Assembly (NCBI RefSeq): GCF_003918875.1
Contig: NW_025766983.1
Span: 1,116,001 to 1,180,000 of the forward strand
Origin: Haliotis rubra
Lineage: Eukaryota
Length of the DNA stretch: 64,000 nucleotides
Direction: 5' to 3'
Position 1 is the stretch's first letter. Every line of letters begins with the position of its first letter. Positions 1 through 10,147 of this stretch are shown here, one piece after another. Below the pieces are notes generated by a model, which did no database searches, was not told where the DNA came from, and saw only the letters and a list, made by a program, of their open reading frames with translations. A program made the translations under genes and the position numbers.

Positions 1-37
1 GATGTGTAAATAATCGATTTATAACATTAATAATTTA

Positions 38-571
38 CAGAGCTCCAGATAAGGCTTGTATTTGTGTATTTTACGCAAATAAAGATCACATTTACTCAAT
101 TAATTACAAATCAGGGAGTACAAAAAAACGCATAAGAATCACTTAAAACCCAATAGGTCTATAATACCTTGCGTACTTTACTCAATTAACTAAGTTGGCT
201 TGCGTATGATACATTCGTCGTGGCGCCCGAACAGGCTGTCAAACTTTAGGGTTTGTTTGATTTACAATTTGAATGAAGAACGATATTGATTTATAAATGT
301 TTGATTAGTCAAAATACAGATTAAATTTTAGTGCTGAGAAATGAATTGCAACTATTTGAAAATATAAGAATTTTTTAAAACTTAGGTCTTTTGAGAAGGA
401 TGTATCTGTATATAATAAGAAGTGTTAATTACCCAATAAGGATAAGAAAAAAGAACATAATTCTTTAAACTAGTGGGAGTATACAAATTGCTAGTTACTC
501 CTAAAACACGCAATAACATAAACAGACAAGGGAGGAAATACCCAATTGCTTGAAAATTATCTGGAGCTCTG
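38..571. mobile_element. Non-autonomous DNA transposon (MITE), PIF/Harbinger-like
   Basis: 15-bp terminal inverted repeats CAGAGCTCCAGATAA (38-52) / TTATCTGGAGCTCTG (557-571), flanked by TTA on both sides (35-37, 572-574); AT-rich non-coding interior. Confidence 0.75.
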
Positions 572-894
572 TTAGTAATGTTCATGCTGTTGATCACTTA
601 ATTGTCTGGTCCACGATTATTTACATTATTTAAATGAGCATGTTTACTGTACAGACATAGTCTTTATTCGTAGATATCAACTCACTCATTCTGCACTGCC
701 AATTGCTTAGATTGATGCACCTGTTGTAGATCACTTGATTGTCTGGTCCAGACTCAATTATTTACAGACCGCCGCCATGTAGCTGAAATGTTATTATGTA
801 CGGCGTTAAACAACAAACCAACCATCAACCATACTATACTGGTTGTTGTACATGTTTACACTCCATAAACTCTTAATTGTACTTCCTAGAGGGG

Positions 895-1058
895 CACTGG
901 GTACCCTGGTAGTTAAAGCGTTGGCTCATCACGCCGAAAACACGGGTTCGACTCCCCACATGGGTACAATGTGTGGAGCCCATTTCTGGTGTACCCCGCC
1001 GTGATATTGCTGGAATATTACTAAAAGCGACGTAAAGCCATATTAAATCACTCACTCA
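895..1058 (+). mobile_element. tRNA-derived SINE, family A
   Basis: Degenerate A-box, B-box GGTTCGACTCC, body CACATGGGTACAATGTGTG..CCCATTTCTGGTG, tail GCTGGAATATT..(ACTC)n; more than 10 copies in the window. Confidence 0.85.
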
Positions 1059-1182
1059 CATTCTAGTGCAGGTTTCAAAGTCATCACTACATCTTCCAAT
1101 CGTTAAGAAACTAGAACTAAACTGGCTTGGTTTCAGGGCATACGTCGCTGTTTAGCTGCATACGTCATCTAAAGCCCGAAGC

Positions 1183-1303
1183 ATGTGGAGGTGTTCAGTC
1201 TGTACCTACGACAATGCCGACCAGCATCTGCTGTGTGTTGTGTGCAACATTGGAAGAAATGATCAGTATCCAGTTCAACACCAGGTGTCCAGTCATGGTT
1301 GGG
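1183..1303 (+). CDS. RanBP2/NZF-type zinc finger exon (candidate first coding exon of the GIMAP gene)
   Basis: MWRCSVCTYDNADQHLLCVVC matches W-x-C-x2-C-x3-N-x6-C-x2-C exactly, with TY and a hydrophobic residue before the last Cys. ATG has A at -3; acceptor TTTCAG at ~1136; phase-1 donors after 1297 (GTTGGG) or 1303 (GTAATG). Confidence 0.7.
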
Positions 1304-1574
1304 GTAATGACCAGCTGTTTAATATTGTGCGGAAGGGGTGGGGTGCCGGGATGTTTTTCTTAGACATGTATATTCAGAGCCAAGTCTTCTGTACATGTAC
1401 CTTTTCCTCAGAACAAAGTAACCGGACATATGTTTCAACGACAACTTTTGTTCAGGACAGCCAGTAATACGTTTTGTAAAATTGGTTGTTCAAAACGATG
1501 TTTTAATCTTACATTTGATAAGTTTGTAAATGCAATGTACATGTGAAATGGCATCAACACTGTTCCTGATCTTG

Positions 1575-2005
1575 AACCCGTGAAGATCCAGGTTAAAACT
1601 GATCTTCAGCAACCCATGTTTGTTGCAAGAGGCGTGAGTTAGTGAGTTATTATTTAACGTCACATCGGCAATATTTCAGCCATATCGTGACGAGAACATT
1701 TGACATTGAAATAGAATAAAAAAGGTAATGGAAAAACCTGCCGACGAAGGACAGTAAAAGATAATCACAGATGTCAATATAAAACTAGCGAACAAAGCTA
1801 AAATATTCCACAAGAGGCGACTAACATGATCGGGTGGTCGGGCTTGCTGATTTGGTTGACATACATGTTATCATTCATACTCCATTGCGTAAATCGATGC
1901 TCATGCTGTTGATCACTGGATTGTCTGGTCCAGACACGACAATTTACAGACCACAGCCATATAGCTGGAATATTGCTAAGTGCAGCGCTAAACAACAACC
2001 AATCA
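1575..2005 (+). mobile_element. SINE family B, interrupted by a LINE-like 3' fragment
   Basis: ACCCGTGAAGATCC..CAAGAGGCGACTAAC..GATCACTGGATTGTCTGGTCCAGAC..GCTGGAATATTGCT; split at 1635-1810. Confidence 0.8.
1635..1810 (-). mobile_element. 3' terminus of a retroposon (probable LINE 3' UTR, family C)
   Basis: Flanked by a 9-bp TSD CAAGAGGCG (1626-1634, 1811-1819); (ACTC)n-type tail on the minus strand; homologous to 46104-46336. Confidence 0.7.
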
Positions 2006-2159
2006 ACCATTAAAATATTACCCGAAAAAAACCCAACAGTTATTGATGTCAATTTATTTTAAGATATACAAATGCTATGTATGCCGTGTGTAACTGTTCC
2101 CAAACTAAATGGGAATATGTGACGCACATTGCCGGGCTTACAAACTTTCCATTTTTCAG

Positions 2160-2276
2160 GTGCTGGAGCGAGTATGGGGCCATGTCCGTCCTGTATGTTG
2201 CAAAGCGCACTACTTTCCTACATGCTGCATAGCCCTCATATGCATGGTTTCTACGGAAAAACAATTGGTCCTCAAG
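2160..2276 (+). CDS. Predicted internal phase1-1 exon of the GIMAP gene (linker)
   Basis: TTTCCATTTTTCAG acceptor, CAAG|GTAAAA donor, 117 nt, open: AGASMGPCPSCMLQSALLSYMLHSPHMHGFYGKTIGPQ. Confidence 0.55.
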
Positions 2277-3582
2277 GTAAAAGACAAATACAAATGAATG
2301 TAACGTATTCCACAAGCAATATCCATTTAGAAAACCAGTGACGAATGTACGGTTGCCTCAAGCCTTGGATAACTTGGAGGATTTGCATAGATAACGCCAA
2401 AGGTGGATTGTTTACAGTCGTAGTGGATATTATATTTAGTTTGTTGAACTTCTCGCATACGCTGACATTGCCGGCAAGTAACGCGCGGCACTGAACGGGG
2501 ATTCCATGCAGAATTGGTCCCCCTAATCCCTTCCGGGCAAGTGGATCAGATGGTCAGAATAAGTGACCTCACAATAACAATCCCCGGATTGTCTGATAAA
2601 GTACTGTCGGAAATAGATAAAAACTGTTTTTAGCCTGTTACTCTGTATCACTAAAATTCACATAACTGCAAATAGCATATGTTGAAATAACCCACATCGG
2701 CCTAACTTGGCGTTCAGTGGAATGCCTAATTGGATATCCAGAAATGTGTGTTTACTGGTAAAATCGAGCAAAACTTAGAAACAATACGAACAATACGTAT
2801 GACGACGGACCGTCGACTCACACCTGGCATGAAATGCATGTGCTGCCTACAGGTACAAGGGCCATCTCAAAGATATTTATGCCTTTTCATGTGTGTTGAA
2901 TATTTCTCATCTGTTAACATCTTGAGTGTCTTTAGTTCATAAGGATTATGTGAAAGAGTATGATAACCATAGAAACGTTAAATATTAAATGTCTAAAAAT
3001 ATATAGGTGGCATGGCCACAGGAAGATCGACAGGACTGGATATTGTTGTTATGACAATTTTTTCTTCCCAAGTTTAATTCCCCTAAAGGATTATCTAACC
3101 TTAGCTGATATCTCCAGATATCTACCCGGCCAGACCCCAACCACCGTCTGCGACACCCGTCCTGGTTTTGCTTTTGAGACGACCCCTCCTACCTGTTTCT
3201 TTTTATAGTGATAGTGAGGCTCCATGGTAGCTACGCCCTTAATAGTTTCAGTATTAAAGTTAGGATCTTTTACATTAGCTATCGTTTATTATGAAGTTAA
3301 GTCTAATTTCAAAATGGGCAATTTTTAAAAGTGTCCTTTGTAATACAATATCATCGCACACTAATTTGCATAAAACCATGGTCTGTCCAAATAAGTCGCT
3401 TTGGACTGCATTGCTCATTTCTGCACTAATCTCTCATCAGTAAAGTCCTGGTTTACGTTTCCCATCTACCTACCACTGCTTCAGTTAGGCCGAACTTAGT
3501 TTAACGGATATTTCACACTTTCACATATTAACGACATAAGATCTAAATTCTATAAAAGGTTGTTTTTTTCAATTCCGACAGT

Positions 3583-3838
3583 GACCCGTGAAGATCCGGG
3601 GTAGAATAGGTCTTCAGCAACCCATGTGCTTGCCATAAAAGGCGACTATGCTTGTCGTAAGAGGCGACAGTCAGTTTCGCTGACTTGGTTGACACATGTC
3701 ATCGGTTCCCAATTGCGCAGATCGATGCTCATGCTGTTGATCACTGGATTGTCTGGTCCAGACTCGATTGATTACAGACCGCTGCCATATAGCTGGGATA
3801 TTGCTGAGTGCTGCGTAAAACTAAACTCACTCACTCAC
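3583..3838 (+). mobile_element. SINE family B
   Basis: GACCCGTGAAGATCCGGG..TGCTTGTCGTAAGAGGCGAC..GATCACTGGATTGTCTGGTCCAGACTCG..GCGTAAAACTAAACTCACTCACTCAC. Confidence 0.9.
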
Positions 3839-4060
3839 TATTTCCGACAATACTTTAGGACTCGAATATCTACTGGCTGCTGCACCACTCAGCTGTCATA
3901 CTGCCCTTAAACAACAACCACACGAAGAAACATAGTAAGCATGGAAAACACTCATCTTCCTGACTGATAGTTTTATATGATGAATTAATGTTTTCAAGAT
4001 ACCGAAAATTAAAAACAAATCATATTTACAGCATTTAAATGTAAACAGTTGTTACTTCAG

Positions 4061-4132
4061 GAGGGATGTTACAAGGACACGGAGGAGGGATAGACCCATT
4101 TTCAGCCTTTGCGACACCACTCCAATATGAAG
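4061..4132 (+). CDS. Predicted internal phase1-1 exon of the GIMAP gene
   Basis: GTTACTTCAG acceptor, GAAG|GTGAAT donor, 72 nt, open: GMLQGHGGGIDPFSAFATPLQYE. Confidence 0.5.
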
Positions 4133-4381
4133 GTGAATATTGATAAAAGCGGCGTAAAATAAACTCACTCAGTGACCCAATAATGTTGCAGATAGGCAAC
4201 GTTTTCAGAGAGGAAAATTTAAACTCAAGATAATTTGGTTGCTAGTCTTTTTTAAAGGATCAAATAAAATAACAGATCTATCTTATGCAGTTATGTTAAT
4301 ATACTAATTGCATTATTTAGGGAAATAGGTGGTTTAATTATCGCTATCAGTGTGCCTATGTTAGGTCGATTGGCCGAGCCA

Positions 4382-4445
4382 GGGCCCGGTTGCACAAAGC
4401 GATCGTAGTATGATGACAACACGATCGCTTCGTTGGACGGGCACC
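4382..4445. repeat. Short imperfect palindrome (tiny MITE-like hairpin)
   Basis: GGGCCCGGTTGCACAAAGCGATCGT ... ACGATCGCTTCGTTGGACGGGCACC are imperfect reverse complements. Confidence 0.5.
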
Positions 4446-4677
4446 GTTGTTTGATCTGACTGAGAATTGTGGTTTGCCAGCTCCAGTCCTATTCACCAGT
4501 ACTGTTCAATCCGACATTACCACCAAACTCACTCACACGCACAGTCAAGTATATTGCGCATTACAGCGGTAGCTTTAATAAGATGAATAAAAGATGGTTA
4601 TAAATGTCACTAGAGACACTAGAGAGCTTACTCCAGAATGCTGGATACTAACCCCACTTTGTAATCGACACCTCTAG

Positions 4678-4785
4678 CCATGAACAGGGCATCAAATAGG
4701 GAACAGTTCCCCATGGCGGTACCGACAAATCCCACCAATCGACCGAAGTCAGCGCTTAGAGAGGCTCCAAGAACAACAGCGGACG
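4678..4785 (+). CDS. Predicted internal phase1-1 exon of the GIMAP gene (also carries an ATG at 4680)
   Basis: Perfect branch point TACTAAC (4646-4652), CCTCTAG acceptor, GACG|GTAGGT donor, 108 nt, open: MNRASNREQFPMAVPTNPTNRPKSALREAPRTTAD. Confidence 0.65.
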
Positions 4786-4980
4786 GTAGGTCTGTGCAGA
4801 ATCCATTGCCATTGTCTACAGAAGTTGACGCTTGACCTGAATATACGTCCATGCATCTTGTGTATGTGCACCATACAAACCATGTACATTGCTCAGTCCA
4901 GTAAATGTACCACTGAATCCCTGTCGCAGAGACTGACCATGATCCTTAATGAAAGAATGGCGTCCTATGTTTACAAAATA

Positions 4981-5163
4981 TACTCATGGAAACAAAAAAG
5001 GGAACACATGAAAGTACATGTGTTCCTTTATTCTTTTCCAGGTATCTTCACAAGGTTATGTATAATTGCAGTTTGGGTGAAAGTTTGGAAATAAATAAAG
5101 GAACACTTGTACTTTCATTTGTTCCCTTATTTCTACATAAGTACATATTTGTTTCCACAAGTA
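4981..5163. mobile_element. Tc1/mariner-type MITE (TA TSD)
   Basis: TACTCATGGAAACAAA ... TTTGTTTCCACAAGTA inverted ends flanked by TA; same family as 14683-14844, in opposite orientation. Confidence 0.75.
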
Positions 5164-5324
5164 TATATTTGTGACAAGAGAAATTAATATCATTTATAGT
5201 CTCAAAATACTCGAAATCCCAGCTATATCTACTTATTTCGTTACTGCGACACATCTACTTTAAAGCTTCATTCTATGGGACATTTGTCACTAAACCTGAC
5301 ACACTCTATCGTTACAAATTATAG

Positions 5325-5456
5325 CTGCCTCCACGTCCAGTTGGGATCCTGAAGCCGAGAACAATGCCTCCAACATACCACAGCCTACCAGAGTGACTCC
5401 AAGAATAGCCAAAACCTCATCAAGAGTTGCAGAGACGCCAAGAGCATCAGCTCAAG
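5325..5456 (+). CDS. Predicted internal phase1-1 exon of the GIMAP gene (S/T/P/R-rich)
   Basis: TTATAG acceptor, CAAG|GTAAGA donor, 132 nt, open: ASTSSWDPEAENNASNIPQPTRVTPRIAKTSSRVAETPRASAQ. Confidence 0.65.
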
Positions 5457-5586
5457 GTAAGACTGCTAAGAATTTTTAGAAATATTCTTTTAACGTTTCT
5501 CCTATATCTACAACTTTTTATTACTGAATGTTTAAACTTAGAATCTATTCCTCTATTATCTGGATCTACTGAATGTTCACTGTCAG

Positions 5587-5700
5587 CAAGTCTAAATGGA
5601 GGCATCAGAAACGCAATCATAAATCTGTCTAATTCAAACATCTTAGTGACCGAACAACACGGAATTTCGAAAACACCAACACATGAATCCCCAGTGGCAG
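5587..5700 (+). CDS. Predicted internal phase1-1 exon of the GIMAP gene
   Basis: CTGTCAG acceptor, GCAG|GTAATA donor, 114 nt, open: SLNGGIRNAIINLSNSNILVTEQHGISKTPTHESPVA. Confidence 0.5.
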
Positions 5701-5968
5701 GTAATACAACAGTTCATACTCAATGGCCAGGTCTAAAAGTCTCAAAACATAATGGTAGACCTACATTTTAGAAGTTGGTTCCAATATAGAACAATGACAA
5801 TGGCCAGATCTAAAGATCTCAAAAACATAATGTACGAAACGTCGCAGAGAAAAAGAAGTCGTTATCCATAAAGTTTGTTCTATATCATAATGGTATAGAA
5901 AAGTGGTCTGATGAATGACTCTGGACGGTTAGTTCCTTCATATGAAATCAGGGTTTGACTATCCACAG

Positions 5969-7065
5969 TTGATGGACAAGGAACACAACCAGCAGCAAAT
6001 TCGAAAAGTGAAAGAAGAATAGTCTTGCTGGGTAAGACTGGCTCAGGAAAGAGTGCAACAGGAAATTCAATACTTGGGCATAAAGCATTTTTATCAAAAG
6101 CCTTTGGACTCTCAGTTACCAAGACTTGTAACAGAGGAACTGCTGATAGATTTGGACGAAGATTACAAGTGTTAGATACACCAGGGCTGTTTGACACAAG
6201 GATGTCCAATGCTGAGGTTTCCAGGGAGTTGGTCAAGTGTATTGGCATGGCGGCTCCAGGGCCACATGTCTTTGTCCTGGTTCTCAGGATGGATCGGTTC
6301 ACGAAGGAGGAGCAGGACTCAGTGAATCACTTCAAGAAGATGTTCGGTGAGGGGATGCTGAACCACACGCTTGTGCTGTTCACCCGGAAGGATGATTTGA
6401 TCCATAACCAAACAACTTTTCAGAGATTCCTGAATGACGCTTCGATGGAACTCAAAAGATTTCTACAGCTGTGTGACAACCGATGTTTGACCTTTGATAA
6501 CCGAAACCCATCGGATACGGATGTAAAAGCATTCCTTCAAATCGTAGATAGCATCCTTATACAAAACGGTGGCAGTTGGTACAGCAATGAAATGTTTACA
6601 GAGGCTGAAAAGGCAATTCTTCAACGTGAAAACGAAATAAGACAACAATTTCATGATGGTACTGGCGTTACATTAGCGAAATTGAAACGTGATTTTGATG
6701 AACATATGCAGCAATTAAAAAAGAAATGTTCAAGGGAGATTTCAAGGTTGGAAGGGTTACGTCGACAGCAATGTTCTCTTTCACCCGCTATGTCCACACA
6801 GGCAGAGATACAGGGACTGGAAGAACAACTGCAGGAATTGAGGGCTTGTCAAGATGAAGATAAGCGAAGACTTCAAGCAGAATATACAGCCAAGGAGGAA
6901 AAATATCGAGAAATAATTGCAAACGCAAATCGTGATTACAGAGAAATAGTCCGCAAGGAGATACAAACTGAAAACAAACTTACCATGCGAAAATTTGGCA
7001 AAATGATTTTAAAAGTTGTGACTGTTCTCATCCCAGTTATAGCAGGTGCTTTGGGAGTTCTGTAG
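5969..7065 (+). CDS. GIMAP: GIMAP/IAN (AIG1 family) GTPase, terminal exon A
   Basis: RIVLLGKTGSGKS (G1), SVT (G2), DTPG (G3), PGPHVFVLV/RFT-EE conserved box, TRKD (G4), FDN, C-terminal coiled coil and hydrophobic tail ILKVVTVLIPVIAGALGVL; phase-1 acceptor CCACAG at 5968. Confidence 0.95.
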
Positions 7066-7135
7066 ACTAATTGGTTGTCTTCTTTCACGTTGACTTTGGA
7101 GTTCTATAGACTAACTGGTTGTCGTCTTTCACGTT
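7051..7135 (+). repeat. Short tandem duplication spanning the GIMAP-A stop codon
   Basis: GGAGTTCT(G/A)TAGACTAA(T/C)TGGTTGTC(T/G)TCTTTCACGTT occurs twice. Confidence 0.7.
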
Positions 7136-7983
7136 TACCAATTTCAAACTTAAGTCAACTTCAAACTGAACAATAATGCATTATCATACAAACCTACTTA
7201 TTGGCAGTTTAGCGTATGATATACTATCTACCGGCATAATACCATAACAATGACTTCGTCGACATCAACATGATGTGACAACTTGGTCTCGTGGCTATAT
7301 GGCTGGAGAAAGACCCTCACGCAAGCTAATTCAATAGTATTATTCCATGAAAACAATGTACACTACAAGCTGTCTTATACAGGGCGATTGCCTTCAACTG
7401 TAATTATAGTGTCGTTAATGACTTTCCAGGAACATGTATACTGAATACACGTCTATTCCATGCTATGTTTGACATGCTATGCTATGATATTAATATGGTG
7501 TGCGTGTAAGGGTGGCATTCATTATGCTGTCAACGTCTTTCGTAGGGCAATAGTCAGGCAGTATGATCGTTATTTGTTCTATACAGCTTGTCTTGTTACA
7601 ATTTCATAAGAGTACAAGCCTATCATAACGCCAAGGTTCTTCTTGGGCTGTGCTTTCCGGAAAGATTTAATAGGTACGTTTCTGGGTTACTTTCGGCCTA
7701 TATGCACCCAGATATTTCTTAGAAGTATGTCCATTTTCATAGCCATATCCAGTTGTAATCTACATATTGATACACACCTATTGATAAACATCTGTTCCCT
7801 TTCTTAACCAAAATGTTATTCTTAAAAAAGGTCAATTGCAGTGCTATACTTCTACATCTGCGGATCAAGTGATAATTCCATACCAGATATATCATACATG
7901 AATAGAGATTATCCTTGGCAAAATGAATACATTTTATTGTAAGTCCCAATAAAAACCTTTTTTTATATTTGGTGTGCATTCAG

Positions 7984-9088
7984 ACAGCAACACTGAACTT
8001 CTACAGACTACAGAATCTCTGGAGAAAGAAATTCGGATCGTGCTCATCGGTCGCACTGGATCTGGTAAAAGCGCCACTGGCAACACCCTCACAGGAAAGA
8101 AGTTGTTCCACTCCAAAGTGGCAGGTCAGTCAGTCACTAGACAATGCAAACGTACCTCCACTCAGCGATACGGGTACAGTCTCGAGGTAGTGGACACGCC
8201 GGGATTGTTTGACACAGGATTGTCAAACACGGACACGATTAAAGAGGTGGTGAAATGTGTGGCATTGACATCCCCGGGACCTCATGCCATCATTTTAGTG
8301 ACGAGAATAGACCGGTTCACAGAGGAGGAGAAAATACAGTGGAACACTTCAGGGCTGTGTTCGGTGAAGGAATGAATGAGTACCTGTTCGTTATCTTTAC
8401 AAGGAAAGACGATCTTGATGCTGATAGGTCAAGTATAGAAGACTTCGTTCAAGCGGTCCCTCCGGAACTGAAACAGCTCCTTGCTGATTGTAACAACAGA
8501 TACATTGCCTTCAACAACAGACTTCCACGTCAAGATGATGCCCAGGTACGTACATTGTTCAACATGATTTATGCTAATGTAGAGAGAAACAACGGAACGT
8601 GCTACACAAGCGAGATGTACAAGGAAGCTGAGCTTGTGATGAAACGAAGAGAGAAGCAGCTTGCCGAGCAAATGGAGGAACATGCAAAGCAGGAACGGCA
8701 AAAGTTAGAGAAGGAATTTGAGGAAACTGTAAAGAAAATGAAGGAGGACAATGAGAAACATGTCAGTGGTCTTCAAGATCAACTCAAAGTTTTAGAAACG
8801 ACTTCAAAACAATCTGATGAAATAAATGCTCTGAAGAAGGAGATTGCCAATGCAAAGAAACAAGCCGAATTTGACAGGGAAGTGAAGGACCGAGAACACA
8901 AGAAGGAGATGGGGGCAATGGAAAAGAAGCTGACAGAGGATCAGAAAATGGCTCGTGAAAAGGCGCGCGAGGAGATAGAGAAGGAGGAATCACTCGGTAT
9001 TTGGGATGGATTGAAGCAACTTGGCCGAGGAATAAAGAACACGTTCTCACGTATTTTTCAAGAAAGTGACATTGCATACTCAGTGTGA
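7984..9088 (+). CDS. GIMAP: GIMAP/IAN (AIG1 family) GTPase, terminal exon B, with one frameshift (probable sequencing error)
   Basis: RIVLIGRTGSGKS, SVT, DTPG, PGPHAIILV, RFTEEE, TRKD, FNN, long coiled coil. ORFs 7974-8375 and 8255-9088 join if one A is added to the A4 run at 8331-8334 (EEE-K-NTVEH); phase-1 acceptor CATTCAG at 7983. Confidence 0.9.
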
Positions 9089-9619
9089 TATTTTAATGTA
9101 AACAGAAACACTGATATCTTGTACTTTTAGGACTGAAGCAACAATGTTTAACTACACAGATGGATACTGCAGAAAACTATTTATTGACTATATTTATCTC
9201 ATCTCTATAAGTACATATCGTTAGCACATGTAGGTTGGCTTATTGCAAAACAAGTGGCAAAACCCTTTCCACATCTATAACAAATATCCGATAAAAGCAG
9301 AATATTTAATCTGTACTCTGGGAAATGTACATAGAACATGTCATTATCATCATGACAGTGTCTGTGTAGGAACACAGTCATCTGGGAGTTCCAGACCTAC
9401 CCCTAAAGACGACAAAATGGTTAGTTCAAACACTACCATCAAAATGTTTTGTATAAAGAAACATCAGATACCCATTTGAACTCAAAATCTAAACTTTTGA
9501 AAACTGTTTCGCCATACTTAAGATCACAAACAGTCGAAAGCAACCGAAACATTTGAGACAACTGTTCACGTCTTGAGTTTCGAAATGTGGCGTTTCACGT
9601 TGACAACAAACTAACAGAA

Positions 9620-10147
9620 TACATAAACTGAAAGTTCTTCTCTACAGATGACTAGACTCTTTGTTAGACATGCCTCAATTATAACAGCATAAAGTTTGTA
9701 TAGTTTGTATGGTTTTTATATATATACGTAAGTATGTATTTATAAATTGTAATGAAAAGTATAACTACCTGTAAGTACATATATACTCTCCCAAAAAGAA
9801 ACGAATATAGGAATTTCAACTGTATTTTTATGTATATTTTGGAAACATCTTGTAGGCTTTATGTACATAAACTGAAGGTTCTTCTCTACAGATGACTAGA
9901 CGCTTTGTTAGACATACCTCAATTATAACACCATACAGTTTGTATAGTATGTATGTATGTACGTACGTACGTACGTACGTATGTAACGTATGTATGTATG
10001 TATGTATGTATGTATGTATGTATGTATATATTGTAATGAAAAGTAAAACTACCTGTAAGTACATATATACTCTCCCAAAAAAGAAACGCATATAGGAATT
10101 TCAACTGTATTTTTATGTATATTTTGAAACATATTGTAGGCTTTATG
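9620..10147 (+). repeat. Tandem duplication (9620-9863 and 9864-10147) including the left end of the Tc1 element; (TATG)n expansion in copy 2
   Basis: TACATAAACTGAA..ACTCTCCCAAAAAGAAACG..TGTAGGCTTTATG repeated directly. Confidence 0.85.

Noticed and set aside
3105-3230. Additional GC-rich exon candidate in the GIMAP linker region
   Set aside because: Plausible acceptors, but no convincing in-phase donor.
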